Shown: in pieces, positions 48,206 to 59,591 of the stretch | Position numbering within the stretch: position 1 is the first letter of the stretch | Layout of the letters: each line of letters starts with the position of its first letter | NCBI GenBank assembly: GCA_001599295.1 | Contig: BCGN01000005.1 | Span: 1,116,001 to 1,180,000 of the forward strand | Source of the DNA: Sporopachydermia quercuum | Taxonomy: Eukaryota | DNA length: 64,000 nucleotides | Reading direction: 5' to 3' | The notes under the pieces: model-generated | What the model saw: only the letters and a program-made list of their open reading frames with translations | Databases searched by the model: none | Told to the model about the DNA's origin: nothing | Translations under genes and position numbers: made by a program

Positions 48206-51200
48206 TCAGTACTGAAGTTTCTTCAACTCATGCTTATTTATCAAATGCCTTACCTTATTATAACTTTCGTTCACTTCTTTCCATTTCTCGAACCTCATCC
48301 TTATACGAATTGATGCAATAACAGTTAAAATCACTATTTTGAATCTCAATTTACCTCTACTAAGCTTCTTTCTTTTAATTTCCAGGATCCTATCATATTC
48401 TGGATAAACACCTATAGATTCCAGCATATAAAGATCAGCCTTATTGAAAGATTGATGTGATGCCAGTTGCAGCTTAAGGAATGTTTGTATAAATTTCAAA
48501 TCAGAATTGTATCCGATTTCCAGCTGCATTTGACCTTTCAGAAAACCATTGTGTAATGCCATTGCATTTATATGATTACTAAATACTGCTTTAGTTCTCG
48601 TTAGTTTTACTTGTACTGCAGCAATATTGGCATTGGAACTCCCATCGGATGGTAGCAGATATTTAGCTTGAGCTTTATAAACGTTCAGTTCATTCTTCAT
48701 ATCAGCCAGTTTCGTGAATAGCTTTTCGCAGTTTGATTGTAGTTTATGATTTTTATTCAGTAGCTTTTGATACTCTGCAGACTGGAATGTATCTTTAAAC
48801 TTCGAATAATGGTCATTAACTAAATTGTTATTGTTATGATTATTAGGAGCGTTCTTCATTTTTTCTTTTTGATGACTGGCTTTTAGATCGGCAATCTCAT
48901 TTTCATATTCAGCCAAATGCTGTTTGTAATTAGTGATTTGTTTTATTAGGTCGTCAATCTCCAATTGATATGCTTTCGCCTTCAGTTCATATTGCTGATT
49001 ATGATTGCTATTATCATTGTTATTGACATCAAACTTTCTGTGACTATTACCTTGCTTCGTTTCGTTCTCCAGTTTCTTATTTGCCAGCTGCAGATGTTGG
49101 ATATCGGATTTGTATTGATTTATCGATGACTGATAATTCAGAACCTCCTTCTGCAGTTCAAAGCGTTTCATGATCATGTCTTCATTATCAGATTGCAGCT
49201 TTTCTAAACTTTCTCTCAAGACATCGATTTCCTTTTTACTTATCTCCAACTGATATTTCAACTGTGATATCTCATTGCTCTCTTGATCTTTACTGGGTTG
49301 AAGAATAGTATGAATAGTGTTGTTGATATCTTTGACTTCTTTATCACTTTTCAGTTGAGATATATCCTGCTTGAGTTTCCATATACTTTCATTCTTTTTG
49401 TCCAAATCCTCTTCGATTATTTGTAATTGTTCCCTAAACTTTTTCGCTTCAGCATTCTTTGCCTCTTGCAATTGTTCATAATCCTTTTTACTGTCCTCTA
49501 GTAACTGTTTGGTTGCCTGAGATATCTTTTCTGAATCAACCAGAGAATCGATTCTTGCTTTCAGGGTATCAACTTCTTTCATTAGTTCTTGCTTCTCTTG
49601 CCGTAGAGTAGTAACCACAGCTTCATTTGTATGTTTTTGTTTGAGTATTAGGTCTTCTTTCTGGTCTACTTGTAATTGTAGTTTATTGCATTCTGATGTG
49701 AGTCTTTGAAGTTCGGAATTGAGATAGTCAGAGGATTGTGAACCAACTTGAAGGCTGTTTAGATCTCCTTCCAAGCTTTGAATTCTATAATTTAATCTTG
49801 TGACTTCCAATTGCTTCCTTTGAAGTTCATTCTTCAGTTGCGATTCTTGTTGCGAGACAAGATTTAACTTTCGATTAGTATCATCAGCAGAATGCAGCAG
49901 CATATCCTTATCGTTCTGCAGTTTCGATATCTCACTTTCAAATTGTTTGATTTCTAGTTTATGATTGTAGGTTGATTTTTCTAGTTGACTTTCTAGACTA
50001 TTAATATGTTCATTTGCTTCTTTTAGCACAGACTCTAGCTTAGCTTTATGATCCAATAACCTTTCAAGATTTTCTTCCAAGCCTTTAATATGTTTTTCAT
50101 AACGAGAGTTCTGCTGAGTTAACGATGAGACTTCTGATTTCAAGTCGTGGATTTCTCTATTTAGAAGGATTTGAACGTCATTAGAATTAGGAGACGATAT
50201 GCTTGAATTATCACTTTTATTATTCTCATTAAGCTCGTTTATCTTTTTCTGTAAATCATTTGATGTGATCTTCAGTTGATTTATTTCTGATTCTTTTTCA
50301 TCGATTGTGTATTCCCTTCTCCTGAGTTCTAATTGTAGGTCTTCAACTTCTTCCTCATAACTCTGAATCTTTGATTTCAATTCTTCAATTTGTTGAGTTA
50401 AGAGATTATGAGATTCAGAGGATGATTTGTTGGTCTGACTATTGGACATAATAGTGGTATTATTCTGATCTTCTTTAGATTGCAATTCTGCTTTCAGAGA
50501 TTCTAATTCCTCCTTTAGATCATCCATTTGGGCTTTCGATTTCCTCAGGTCAAATTCTAGATTATCGTTGTCTTCCTTAAGTTCGGACAACTGTGCTTTC
50601 AATTTTATTTCGGTTTGTAAAGACTGATTCCTATCATTATTGTTTTCATCACTATTTGTCGTATGACAAGATTCCATCAGCTCAATGACCTTTTGTTTCG
50701 TTTGATTCAATTCTGCATTTATTCGTGCTTTATCTGATTTCAAATCCACATTTTCCTTCAGTGCTTCTTGGTATGCTTCAGGAGTAGATCTTTCGAGTTG
50801 TTGCATCAAATAATATAACTTCACTTTCAGGCCTAAGTTCTCTTTCTCAAGCTTGTCTATCTTTGATTGTTGCTCTTTGATGGGATTTGATCCATTATGT
50901 AGAAAATCATTCTTGTTGAAAGCCATATTATTCAACTGAGATCTTCCATCACCGGAAAAGGTAGAGGTCTCATTGACGTGATCCATCTGTTTATAAGCAT
51001 GACTCAATGAAGACATATTATCCATAGAATTTGTTTGATCCATTGAGAAACTGGAATTCAGGTTCAAATTCAGTCGTTCAAAATGGTTCACCTTGTCATT
51101 AACACCTCCATTGTGCCAATTTGAAGATCCGTTGGTATTTTTATCTGCATTCAGTGATTCATTCTGAACCGTTTTTGCGCTGTTTAAGCTTTGGCTGGTG

Positions 51201-51406
51201 AATCTTTTTCTTGAAGCCATAATTGAATCAAACGTAGGTTCATCATCATTGGCACTACTGAATGTTCTGTTACTTATATCAGCTAAAGCACTTTTTGAAG
51301 GTATAATAGGGGTGAATTCATACTGATTGGGCCTCCTACTCTGTGCTCCATTTTGTCTGGACCCTGAAGGTGATGTCAGTAAAGGTTTGAATCCTTTAGA
51401 AGTCAT
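48206..51406 (-). CDS. SPC110: Spindle pole body gamma-tubulin receptor Spc110/Pcp1
   Basis: CM1 motif IKEQQSKIDKLEKENLGLKVKLYYL, long coiled coil, and PACT/calmodulin-binding RFKIVILTVIASIRIR. Confidence 0.88.
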   Translation of the reverse strand: MTSKGFKPLLTSPSGSRQNGAQSRRPNQYEFTPIIPSKSALADISNRTFSSANDDEPTFDSIMASRKRFTSQSLNSAKTVQNESLNADKNTNGSSNWHNGGVNDKVNHFERLNLNLNSSFSMDQTNSMDNMSSLSHAYKQMDHVNETSTFSGDGRSQLNNMAFNKNDFLHNGSNPIKEQQSKIDKLEKENLGLKVKLYYLMQQLERSTPEAYQEALKENVDLKSDKARINAELNQTKQKVIELMESCHTTNSDENNNDRNQSLQTEIKLKAQLSELKEDNDNLEFDLRKSKAQMDDLKEELESLKAELQSKEDQNNTTIMSNSQTNKSSSESHNLLTQQIEELKSKIQSYEEEVEDLQLELRRREYTIDEKESEINQLKITSNDLQKKINELNENNKSDNSSISSPNSNDVQILLNREIHDLKSEVSSLTQQNSRYEKHIKGLEENLERLLDHKAKLESVLKEANEHINSLESQLEKSTYNHKLEIKQFESEISKLQNDKDMLLHSADDTNRKLNLVSQQESQLKNELQRKQLEVTRLNYRIQSLEGDLNSLQVGSQSSDYLNSELQRLTSECNKLQLQVDQKEDLILKQKHTNEAVVTTLRQEKQELMKEVDTLKARIDSLVDSEKISQATKQLLEDSKKDYEQLQEAKNAEAKKFREQLQIIEEDLDKKNESIWKLKQDISQLKSDKEVKDINNTIHTILQPSKDQESNEISQLKYQLEISKKEIDVLRESLEKLQSDNEDMIMKRFELQKEVLNYQSSINQYKSDIQHLQLANKKLENETKQGNSHRKFDVNNNDNSNHNQQYELKAKAYQLEIDDLIKQITNYKQHLAEYENEIADLKASHQKEKMKNAPNNHNNNNLVNDHYSKFKDTFQSAEYQKLLNKNHKLQSNCEKLFTKLADMKNELNVYKAQAKYLLPSDGSSNANIAAVQVKLTRTKAVFSNHINAMALHNGFLKGQMQLEIGYNSDLKFIQTFLKLQLASHQSFNKADLYMLESIGVYPEYDRILEIKRKKLSRGKLRFKIVILTVIASIRIRMRFEKWKEVNESYNKVRHLINKHELKKLQY

Positions 51407-52402
51407 ATTAACTTGTAAGAATGATTATTAGAGCAATGTGATCGTTGATGCAGTTTCTATATCATATTTACCAACAGGAGCTGTCAAATAACCAATATAG
51501 AGGTTAATATCAACTGTAGACACAGTATTTATACTTGTTGGCAACAAGAGGTACCTTGTNTTAGGTCTGGGTTGAACGGTTTTGAAGGTTTGAAGGGTTA
51601 AGGGAAATGTCACAAATAATTGTTTGATTCCATTCACCAAGTCTCGTTGGTTCTACGTTTCTATCTGTTGAACAAAGGACTTGTCAAAAGCGAAGTCTGT
51701 AGATAGCAAAGTACCTAAGCATAGGAAAGATAACACAAATCTTGTAAGTGAGTTGATCCGTGAATTCATCTGTCGAGTTGATTGTGAGATGTTTGATTTT
51801 ATTCTACTATCATATCAATTCAATTTCTTTTTGTAAGCACTGTTCATGTTGATTGTTTGATGTGCAATTGTTTTGGGTTACCAATCTGGGAAAAGTGGTT
51901 GTCACGACAACACAATTTGTAGGTAGGGGAAATTATGACGGGATGACATAATCATTAAAAATTGTGACATGAAGCAGATCATAGTATGTGTTATGGGACA
52001 GCGATGGAGTGAATATGATCTACTACTAATCATCAAGGATTATTGCAATGAATAGTAAAAGATTTTTAGAATGAATATAATTCATGCTAAATAACAAGNT
52101 ATTATGTATGATTTATGATATGCACCAAAATACCAATGAGTCCTTTTTGATGATTTAGCGGTAAATTTTAGGTATAGCTTGATCGAAGATTAATGAGCCC
52201 TGAGTAGGTTTCCTTCAAATGATATAAATCAAGTATAAAACATGATACTTGCTAATAGTAGCTTGTAATTCTACAGATAAAACAAAAAACTGGCCGCTGT
52301 GATGGATTATGAGTAACTCCAACAACATACGAAAGTTTTAGAGGAATCTATTATAAAGGATAGAATTAGAAGCTACCCAGATGTATGCATATGCGTGGAT
52401 CA

Positions 52403-53485
52403 TCATTCTTTTTTTGCAGAATCAATGGCATCCAGGAAAGCCTGTAGAGCCTTTTTAGCACTACCAGATCGAACACTTTCTCTGGATAACTCCACGCCAT
52501 GTTTCCAGTCAGTAGCCTTACCTTCAATAACAGCCAAAGCACCGGCATTTAGTAGGACGTAATCAAAGATGGGATTATTATCAGGTAGTTCATTGTCAAG
52601 TAATGAAGCTAACACGACGGCATTCTCGTCAGCCGTTCCAGATTTAACTTCAGATAAGGGATGTGTGGGTAAACCAAACATTGAAGGATGTAGTCTTGAA
52701 ATCTCTATTTTGTCAGATCCAGCCTTCACTCTCCATACTTTGGTATATCCTGCAGGTGAAATTTCATCCAATCCTTCTTCACCCCATACAATCATGATTG
52801 AGCTATTTGTATGAGCGTTCATCTTCAGTACTGCTTCAGCGAAAACTTGCCCTAAAGCTTCGGAATAAACGCCAATAATTCTAGCTTTTAGAGGTACAGG
52901 GTTCAATAAAGGACCTAGAATGTTGAAAATAGTTGGTACGCCGAGTTCTGCTCTTAATTCTGCTACCTGTTTCATGCCATCATGGAAAGCAGGCGCAAAT
53001 AAGAAGCAAAATGATGAATCCGAGAGTATTTTTGGAGCTGTAGATGAATTCACAGACATTATATCAGCACCCAATGAAGTTAATAGATCACCAGCACCTG
53101 AGGAAGAAGAAGAAGCTTTACCACCATGTTTGGCAATCCGTAAGCCAATACCGGCGGCAACAATTGATGCTGAACTACTGACATTAAAAGTGTTTTGGCC
53201 ATCGCCTCCTGTTCCAACGATATCTACATAGCCTTCATGAGCAAGTGCAGCAGGATCCACAGGCGTAGAGAATTCTAATACAGTAGAAGCAGCTGCAGCA
53301 ATAAACCGGGGATCATGATCCAATCCTCTCATTCTGAGAGCAGTTAAAAAAGACCCGGCTTGGACTTTACTTGCTTGGCCTGATATTATAAGTCGGAGAC
53401 ATATTGAGAGTTCTTCAGGCTTTAGATTTGGTGGTGATAGAAGAAGTGATTTTATGAATGGTGTCAAAACTCCTTTTTTCGACAT
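52403..53485 (-). CDS. TRP4: Anthranilate phosphoribosyltransferase
   Basis: First ATG at 53485; VDIVGTGGDGQNTFNVS, KHGGKASSSSSG, PTIFNILGPLLNP, GLDEISP. Confidence 0.98.
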   Translation of the reverse strand: MSKKGVLTPFIKSLLLSPPNLKPEELSICLRLIISGQASKVQAGSFLTALRMRGLDHDPRFIAAAASTVLEFSTPVDPAALAHEGYVDIVGTGGDGQNTFNVSSSASIVAAGIGLRIAKHGGKASSSSSGAGDLLTSLGADIMSVNSSTAPKILSDSSFCFLFAPAFHDGMKQVAELRAELGVPTIFNILGPLLNPVPLKARIIGVYSEALGQVFAEAVLKMNAHTNSSIMIVWGEEGLDEISPAGYTKVWRVKAGSDKIEISRLHPSMFGLPTHPLSEVKSGTADENAVVLASLLDNELPDNNPIFDYVLLNAGALAVIEGKATDWKHGVELSRESVRSGSAKKALQAFLDAIDSAKKE

Positions 53486-53769
53486 GGTGAGTGAAATGTA
53501 TATTTTTCTTGATTTGAGTATGCAAGGTACCTGTGACAATCCTAGTAGACTTTAATTATTGTACGAGGCACTGAATGTACAAGTTGTGGGTATAGTAATA
53601 GTTAATCTGAGATACACAGCAATTCAATGTTTCTGGTCTATTAGAAATGAGGTTTCTTTTAATCAACGAGTTTCTCCTCTTCTCCTGGTACAATAAGATA
53701 TCATCTATTCCAATCTTGCCGATTGTAAGCTATTCAGAACCACTTTTACCTCAGATTCAGATCTACACT

Positions 53770-53778
53770 ATGACTCAT
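53770..53778. promoter_or_regulatory. Perfect Gcn4 site ATGACTCAT upstream of TRP4
   Basis: Consensus 9-mer 285 bp upstream of a known Gcn4-regulated gene. Confidence 0.7.
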
Positions 53779-54204
53779 TATTATAAGGATCAATTGCTAT
53801 TTGTGATGGTGTTGTATTGATCCATTCATCCCATTCAAATAAACCGATGCCTGAATTAGGACGCTTGTAAAATGTATTTATTCAGATTACATAATCAAAT
53901 ATAAAGCCAGTATAAAATCTACATCACGTGACGAATAATACAACAATACCGCAAATTTGACTAGATATTGACTACTGGAGATGTATGAAGATTTTCTTGA
54001 ACAAATGCATTTACAAATTGTCAATGTATTTATTGAAAATTAATGGTGTAAGAAAAGATAAAGTAATTATTTACATAGAATCAGGGAGAAATGGAGAAAT
54101 CCCCCTGAAAAAGCTCGCTTACTGAAACGACTTCCAATCTAATATTCAGCATAACTGTAGGCAGTACATACTGAATATTATACTGCAATGTATCGTTAGA
54201 AAGC

Positions 54205-57200
54205 TCAAAGCTCAGAATTGTAATCAAACTCATTCTCACTTTCATGATCCTCGCCTGTTACTCGTCCTCTCTCCTTTGAGAAAGATGAAATCACTTGCAG
54301 ACCATTTATGAGAGAACCCTTTTCAACGAAAGTACGCATAAACGATACCGAGCTAGCAATATCAGGGAAAGTGACACGAGCAACACCTTTAGATATTCCG
54401 TTCGGATAGACAGGTATCTGTACCTCAGGAATCACAGTTTCGAAAGGAAATCTGTTGTTCTTAGGTAAGAAATCCTTGATATAACTGAGAAGATCAGAAT
54501 GTGTTGTTTGTCTAGACAGTCCATGAAGAACAACAGCCTGCGATGCCTGCTTGGAAATCAGCTGCTCTAATGCAGGTCCCGGTTTAATTGCAGGTGAATT
54601 AGAAAACATCAACAAAACATCTGCACCATTGATTGTAACATCGGAGACTGTTTGGGAATCCATAGCGAGTTCATTGAACTTATTGATCACTGATTCAGCA
54701 ATATCACTTCCATCAAACTTCACAAAACAAAATCCTTTACTAGCTCCTGAATCTGTTATAGGAAATCCTGTTATCGCAAATGGTTCATCAGTCAATTTAC
54801 TCAAGGTAGATTCAACATCAGAAGGAAGCGTAGAATTGGGTAACCCTTTGATTAATATCATTGAAGATACTTTGGAAATATCTCTGAAACTAAATAAGGA
54901 AACATCGGCAGAACTGATTGCTATAGGGAAAGTATCCAGGTTTTCGTACAATGAATCAATAATTGCATCCTTATACTCTTCATTCGGACATTTCAGTAGA
55001 ACAACGTCATCACGAGCGAGAACAACAGGAAGATATTTAAGTTCATCTTCAGGTATTCCTTGGTTTCCAGAGATAATTGATCGGAAATACTTAGGCAACT
55101 GAGCCTCAATATTCCTGACAGAACAAGTGAAGGCAATGTTTAACCAATTGTTAGCCCCAGGAAGAGTCTTATCTTTTGCTTCGGAAATACCAATTTCACC
55201 TGTTCTGTAGCTGTATCTAGCAAACAAATCGTACTCTTGTTGTTTGTTTATGTCAATCAGACCCTGGGTGGCATCTGAGATAGTCTTGAATGTTATAAAC
55301 AGGTAAGAATAATATGGATACAATCTTCCTGTAGCTGCATCTCTGCGCGTTTGACTTGCAACTCGTGGAGCATATAGATTGGAAACGCCAGTTAGTGATT
55401 TGCAGTATTCTTCGAACTCTTTGATCTTCAGGTGCTTATAGTTTGAGACCATTAAGACTTTACAGGGGTGAGAATTCAAACCAATTGATTTTGCTGCATT
55501 GTTACGGTCCTTGGTGAGCAAAGTGACGAATTCACCTTCTGACAGCGATGTCAAATCAAAGAGAGAAAAGGTGACTTTCTGATTATGAATAATTGCCTCA
55601 AAGGGAGCCATTCTTTTGTCAAATGTGGATGTAGCGGTTTCAAGTTCAGTCAAAGTTTCTTCTAGTGATTCTTTTCCTTGCAACTCAGCTTGAACAGGGT
55701 TGAATGCAGCGACTTCTGATACAGTAGGGTCCAATTCGGAAGTTTCAGCTGTTTGAGGCTCTGATTCAGTAGACACAGATTGAACAGTTTCAGGTTCGGC
55801 ATTTTCGAGTTCGCCAGTTGCAGTTTCGACGGTTTCAGGCCATTGAGACTGGGATTCAAAGGCTTCCTGTTCAGTGGTTTCGGATTCGACAATTTCGGAT
55901 TCTTTAGCCTCCGATTCAGCAGTTTCAGCAATTTGGGGCTCATTTAATTCCACGGTCTTAATGTCACCAAAGGCGTCTGGATCTATTCGAGAAGTTCTAT
56001 TCATGGCTTTGAAGGTCGAGCTAGCATGCTGATGTGTATTGAAAGTGACAACAAAATTTTTACCAATTAAGAATATATTCTTGATGGATTGAGCTGGAGC
56101 AAAAGTATTGAGCATTGCCAAAATTTCACTACTAATCTCATTCATTTCAGTTTCAGAGCCCACATTAAAAGGTCCAACAGTTATTCTATCAGTAGCATTC
56201 CAAGAAATAAACTCCTTGGGCACTTGAATGAGATCAAAGTCATGTAAAAATAATCTCTCTTGAAACACTTTCTCCTCGTTTTCTGGTTCGCTGGGAAGAT
56301 TTTGCATAACAGCAAAAACAACAGGATTATCCTTGCTACTGTTTGCCAATTGTACTCTGTTTAATCTCCAACCAGAAATTAGATTAGGAATAAATTTATA
56401 TATGTTTGCAAACGCATTAGCCTTGACTGCAGATGGGAAAAGTAAACTTCCAGTTAGCACTTGAGGACCATTCGGTTTCTTCACTAAATAAACACAAGAA
56501 GTATCCACCCTAACAGGGCCGATTAATCGCAGAGCATGGTAAAAATTTTCCAATTTCTTCTCTATGGTTTCTCTAGTTTCTTCCTTTAGTGACCTGTTTT
56601 GAAACATAAACAGTATTCTCTGTGATTCTTTGGCCTCAGCAGGAACAAATAACGGAAATATAGACTTATAAGAAGATGCCAGTGACGCGAAAAAGGGTCT
56701 ATGACTAATTTGGGGTCCGAGCATAGATTGAAACCTTTGAACGAACGACAAAGCATCAGTTGTTGTTTTAAACTCAGCCAAAGCCATGCCAGTCTCTTCT
56801 CCGCTTCCTCTATAAACAAGTGTGACTGCGTCGATGAATCCAGGGTATGCTTTAAGTCTAGGGACTAAAGTCTTAGATGATGTTAAAGGGCCCAAGTTTT
56901 CAATTAGAACATGTTTTTCAAGCTCATTCCTATTCAATCGCCAATCGAATTCAGGATCTTTCTCGAGAGATTTCTTGCTGCGTCTATACTTATATAACCT
57001 GCTGCCGCTAGTTTTGGAGGAATCTCTATTAGATTCATAGCATNACAAAGATACAGTGTGTATCAAACGTTGGCAGGTCAAACCGTAGCTGTCTGGGTTT
57101 CTAACTAGAGCTGAGTTACCATTTAACTGTCTGGTTTGTACTTGCGCTCTTACAGCACCAGCAATACCAACATTCCGCAAGCTAGTTGTATATAATCCTC

Positions 57201-57207
57201 TTTTCAT
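54205..57207 (-). CDS. Uncharacterised ~1000-aa multi-RRM RNA-binding protein, probably mitochondrial
   Basis: First ATG at 57207. Basic, acid-poor N-terminus. RNP2/RNP1-like pairs VLIENL/TGMALAEF, ILIKGL/KGFCFVKF and VVLHGL/KGVARVTF; central acidic E/T/S-rich linker. Confidence 0.7.
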   Translation of the reverse strand: MKRGLYTTSLRNVGIAGAVRAQVQTRQLNGNSALVRNPDSYGLTCQRLIHTVSLXCYESNRDSSKTSGSRLYKYRRSKKSLEKDPEFDWRLNRNELEKHVLIENLGPLTSSKTLVPRLKAYPGFIDAVTLVYRGSGEETGMALAEFKTTTDALSFVQRFQSMLGPQISHRPFFASLASSYKSIFPLFVPAEAKESQRILFMFQNRSLKEETRETIEKKLENFYHALRLIGPVRVDTSCVYLVKKPNGPQVLTGSLLFPSAVKANAFANIYKFIPNLISGWRLNRVQLANSSKDNPVVFAVMQNLPSEPENEEKVFQERLFLHDFDLIQVPKEFISWNATDRITVGPFNVGSETEMNEISSEILAMLNTFAPAQSIKNIFLIGKNFVVTFNTHQHASSTFKAMNRTSRIDPDAFGDIKTVELNEPQIAETAESEAKESEIVESETTEQEAFESQSQWPETVETATGELENAEPETVQSVSTESEPQTAETSELDPTVSEVAAFNPVQAELQGKESLEETLTELETATSTFDKRMAPFEAIIHNQKVTFSLFDLTSLSEGEFVTLLTKDRNNAAKSIGLNSHPCKVLMVSNYKHLKIKEFEEYCKSLTGVSNLYAPRVASQTRRDAATGRLYPYYSYLFITFKTISDATQGLIDINKQQEYDLFARYSYRTGEIGISEAKDKTLPGANNWLNIAFTCSVRNIEAQLPKYFRSIISGNQGIPEDELKYLPVVLARDDVVLLKCPNEEYKDAIIDSLYENLDTFPIAISSADVSLFSFRDISKVSSMILIKGLPNSTLPSDVESTLSKLTDEPFAITGFPITDSGASKGFCFVKFDGSDIAESVINKFNELAMDSQTVSDVTINGADVLLMFSNSPAIKPGPALEQLISKQASQAVVLHGLSRQTTHSDLLSYIKDFLPKNNRFPFETVIPEVQIPVYPNGISKGVARVTFPDIASSVSFMRTFVEKGSLINGLQVISSFSKERGRVTGEDHESENEFDYNSEL

Positions 57208-58029
57208 GATCGATTCAAACAATTGATGACAACAGTTTGATTTAGTGTGCTGGGATGCTAAAGCCTGTTCTAAATGTACACTTTACAGACACTATTTGTG
57301 AACACCGCTATTTGAACTCGGGAATTATCAGTTGCAAACATTACTAGACAAATTTGAATGCTGGGTGAAAATATCGAGTGAATTTTCTTTTCTCAGTGGA
57401 GGTATTAACGATTATGTAATTAGAATACCCTTGGTCAGGTGGTTGGGTGGGTGATATTCTCCCTATTTCTGGGGTGTCTCAGGAGATAGTTACTTCAAGG
57501 ACTACATGTAAAGCGTTCAGGTCTCTTTACGTCCCTTCCCATTATAATATATAAACACAGACGCGTCTTGGAACTATTGTTTGGAGTTCGTAACAGAAAT
57601 GCGGGAAATGAACACAATTCCCAATTGGAAGATAACGTGTGAATGTTAGAAGATGGATCGATGGGAACATAAAGTGTTGTTTTCTGTTTTATTTCATGAA
57701 TTCATAGTCTTTATGTTTGTAGGTTATTCGGGTATTTGAATATACATTGTGGAAAAAGAAAGTCATAATAAGGATTTGTTAAGGATCTATTTTTGGATTG
57801 AATTTGCGAGTTTGTTGCGAAGAAGAAAACAAACAGCGATTTCAACTATTGGGTAACGAGATCAAAGTAAGCAAAGGAAGAGTAGATTATAAAGGATAAA
57901 TTATCCCAATAATTAGCAATAGCAACAGATATATGTTGATTTTTGATACTGGAGTGGTAGTTATTGGGAACGAAAAACACACTCATATTGGCTTTTGATC
58001 TTTTTTTAGCAGAAAAATTGCCGAACAAA

Positions 58030-59312
58030 ATGCCATCAGTTGAACCAGTAGGAATTACGGAATTGCCCAACCAAAGGTAAGTGACTTTATTTATGAATGA
58101 CTACGAAATTAACTCTTACCGTTGGCGTTAATAACATGGAAATGATTGGTAAGAAACTAACATAATATCTACAGACACCGAATTGTCTCCAAAAATGGAA
58201 CCACTTTCACTGTCATGTTGGTTGGTGAATCAGGTTTGGGCAAAACAACTTTCATCAACACCCTTTTTGAGACAACATTGCAACCACAGAAGGAAAGAGT
58301 CTATAAAGATGTTCAAACAACAGTAGAGATTTCTATCACAAGAGCAGAATTAGAAGAAAAGAACTTTGTTACCAGGTTAAACATAGTTGACACACCGGGA
58401 TTTGGTGATCAAGTTAATAGCAAAAACTCATGGCAACCCATTATTGACTTTATTGATGATCAGCATGAGTTATTCATGCGACAAGAACAACAACCAATCA
58501 GAAGCAAGTTCAAGAAAAACGACCTTCGTATTCATGCTTGTTTATATTTCATTCGTCCTACTGGTCATTCTTTGAAACCCTTAGATATCGAGATAATGAA
58601 ACGTCTAAGCAGCAGAGTGAATTTGATTCCTGTTATTGCTAAAGCTGATACTCTATCCACTAATGAAATGGAAGAGTTCAAAGATCGAATTCGCGGTGTA
58701 ATTGAAGCACAAGGGATTCGTATATATACTCCTCCAATTGATACTACTGATACCACAGCTGCTGAACATTCAAAGTCATTGATTGAAGCTATGCCTTTTT
58801 CGGTGATTGGCTCTACTGAAGATGTTCAGCTGCCTGATGGCAGAATCGTGAAAGGTAGATCATATCTGTGGGGAACAGCTGAAGTTGAGAATGAAAAACA
58901 TTGCGATTTCAAAAAATTGCGTAATTTGTTGATCAGATCTCATATGCTAGATCTCATTCTTTCCACAGAAGAATTACACTATGAATCATATAGAACGCAA
59001 CGATTGGAGTCTCGAAAGTATAATGGAGGTGATGGAAGCAATGGTGATTCCAACAAGGCTTTAGCATACAGTTTACCTCCTTTACCAAGAAGAATGAATA
59101 ATCCTAAGTTTAAGGAAGAGGAAGAGGCTTTGAAGAAGTTCTTCACCGAACAAGTGAAAGCTGAAGAACAAAGATTCAGACAATGGGAAACTAATATTGT
59201 CAATGAAAGAAACAAACTAACTACTGATTTAGAGCAAACTCAACAGACTATTCGCAAACTAGAAGATGAAATCAAAACCCTTCAGCTCTCTGTTACTAAG
59301 AATAAACGTTGA
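58030..59312 (+). CDS. CDC12: Septin Cdc12; 2 exons: 58030-58076 and 58175-59312
   Basis: Intron 58077-58174 (GTAAGT..AACTAAC..CAG) gives [47 protein letters not shown]; Cdc12-type tail NPKFKEEEEALKKFFTEQVKAEEQRFRQWE. Confidence 0.96.
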
Positions 59313-59591
59313 ACAATCAAAGAAGATAGTGCCAGTGGGGATGGTACGTGTGTGAATAGTTTTTATATTTTGACTGTTTATTTCTCTGATTAAATAAAAG
59401 GTTTATGTAATGGAACACCTTTGATTACTTAACTTATAATACGCTGTAATTAATTGATTTTTCCATTAAATTATTCCTTAGAGGAGGTTATCCCATAAGT
59501 TATCCCGATTTATGTTTATATCGTTTATATCTATTGTGATACTTATCGTTATGTATAATTAATATACACATGTATATATCTATGTATTTAT

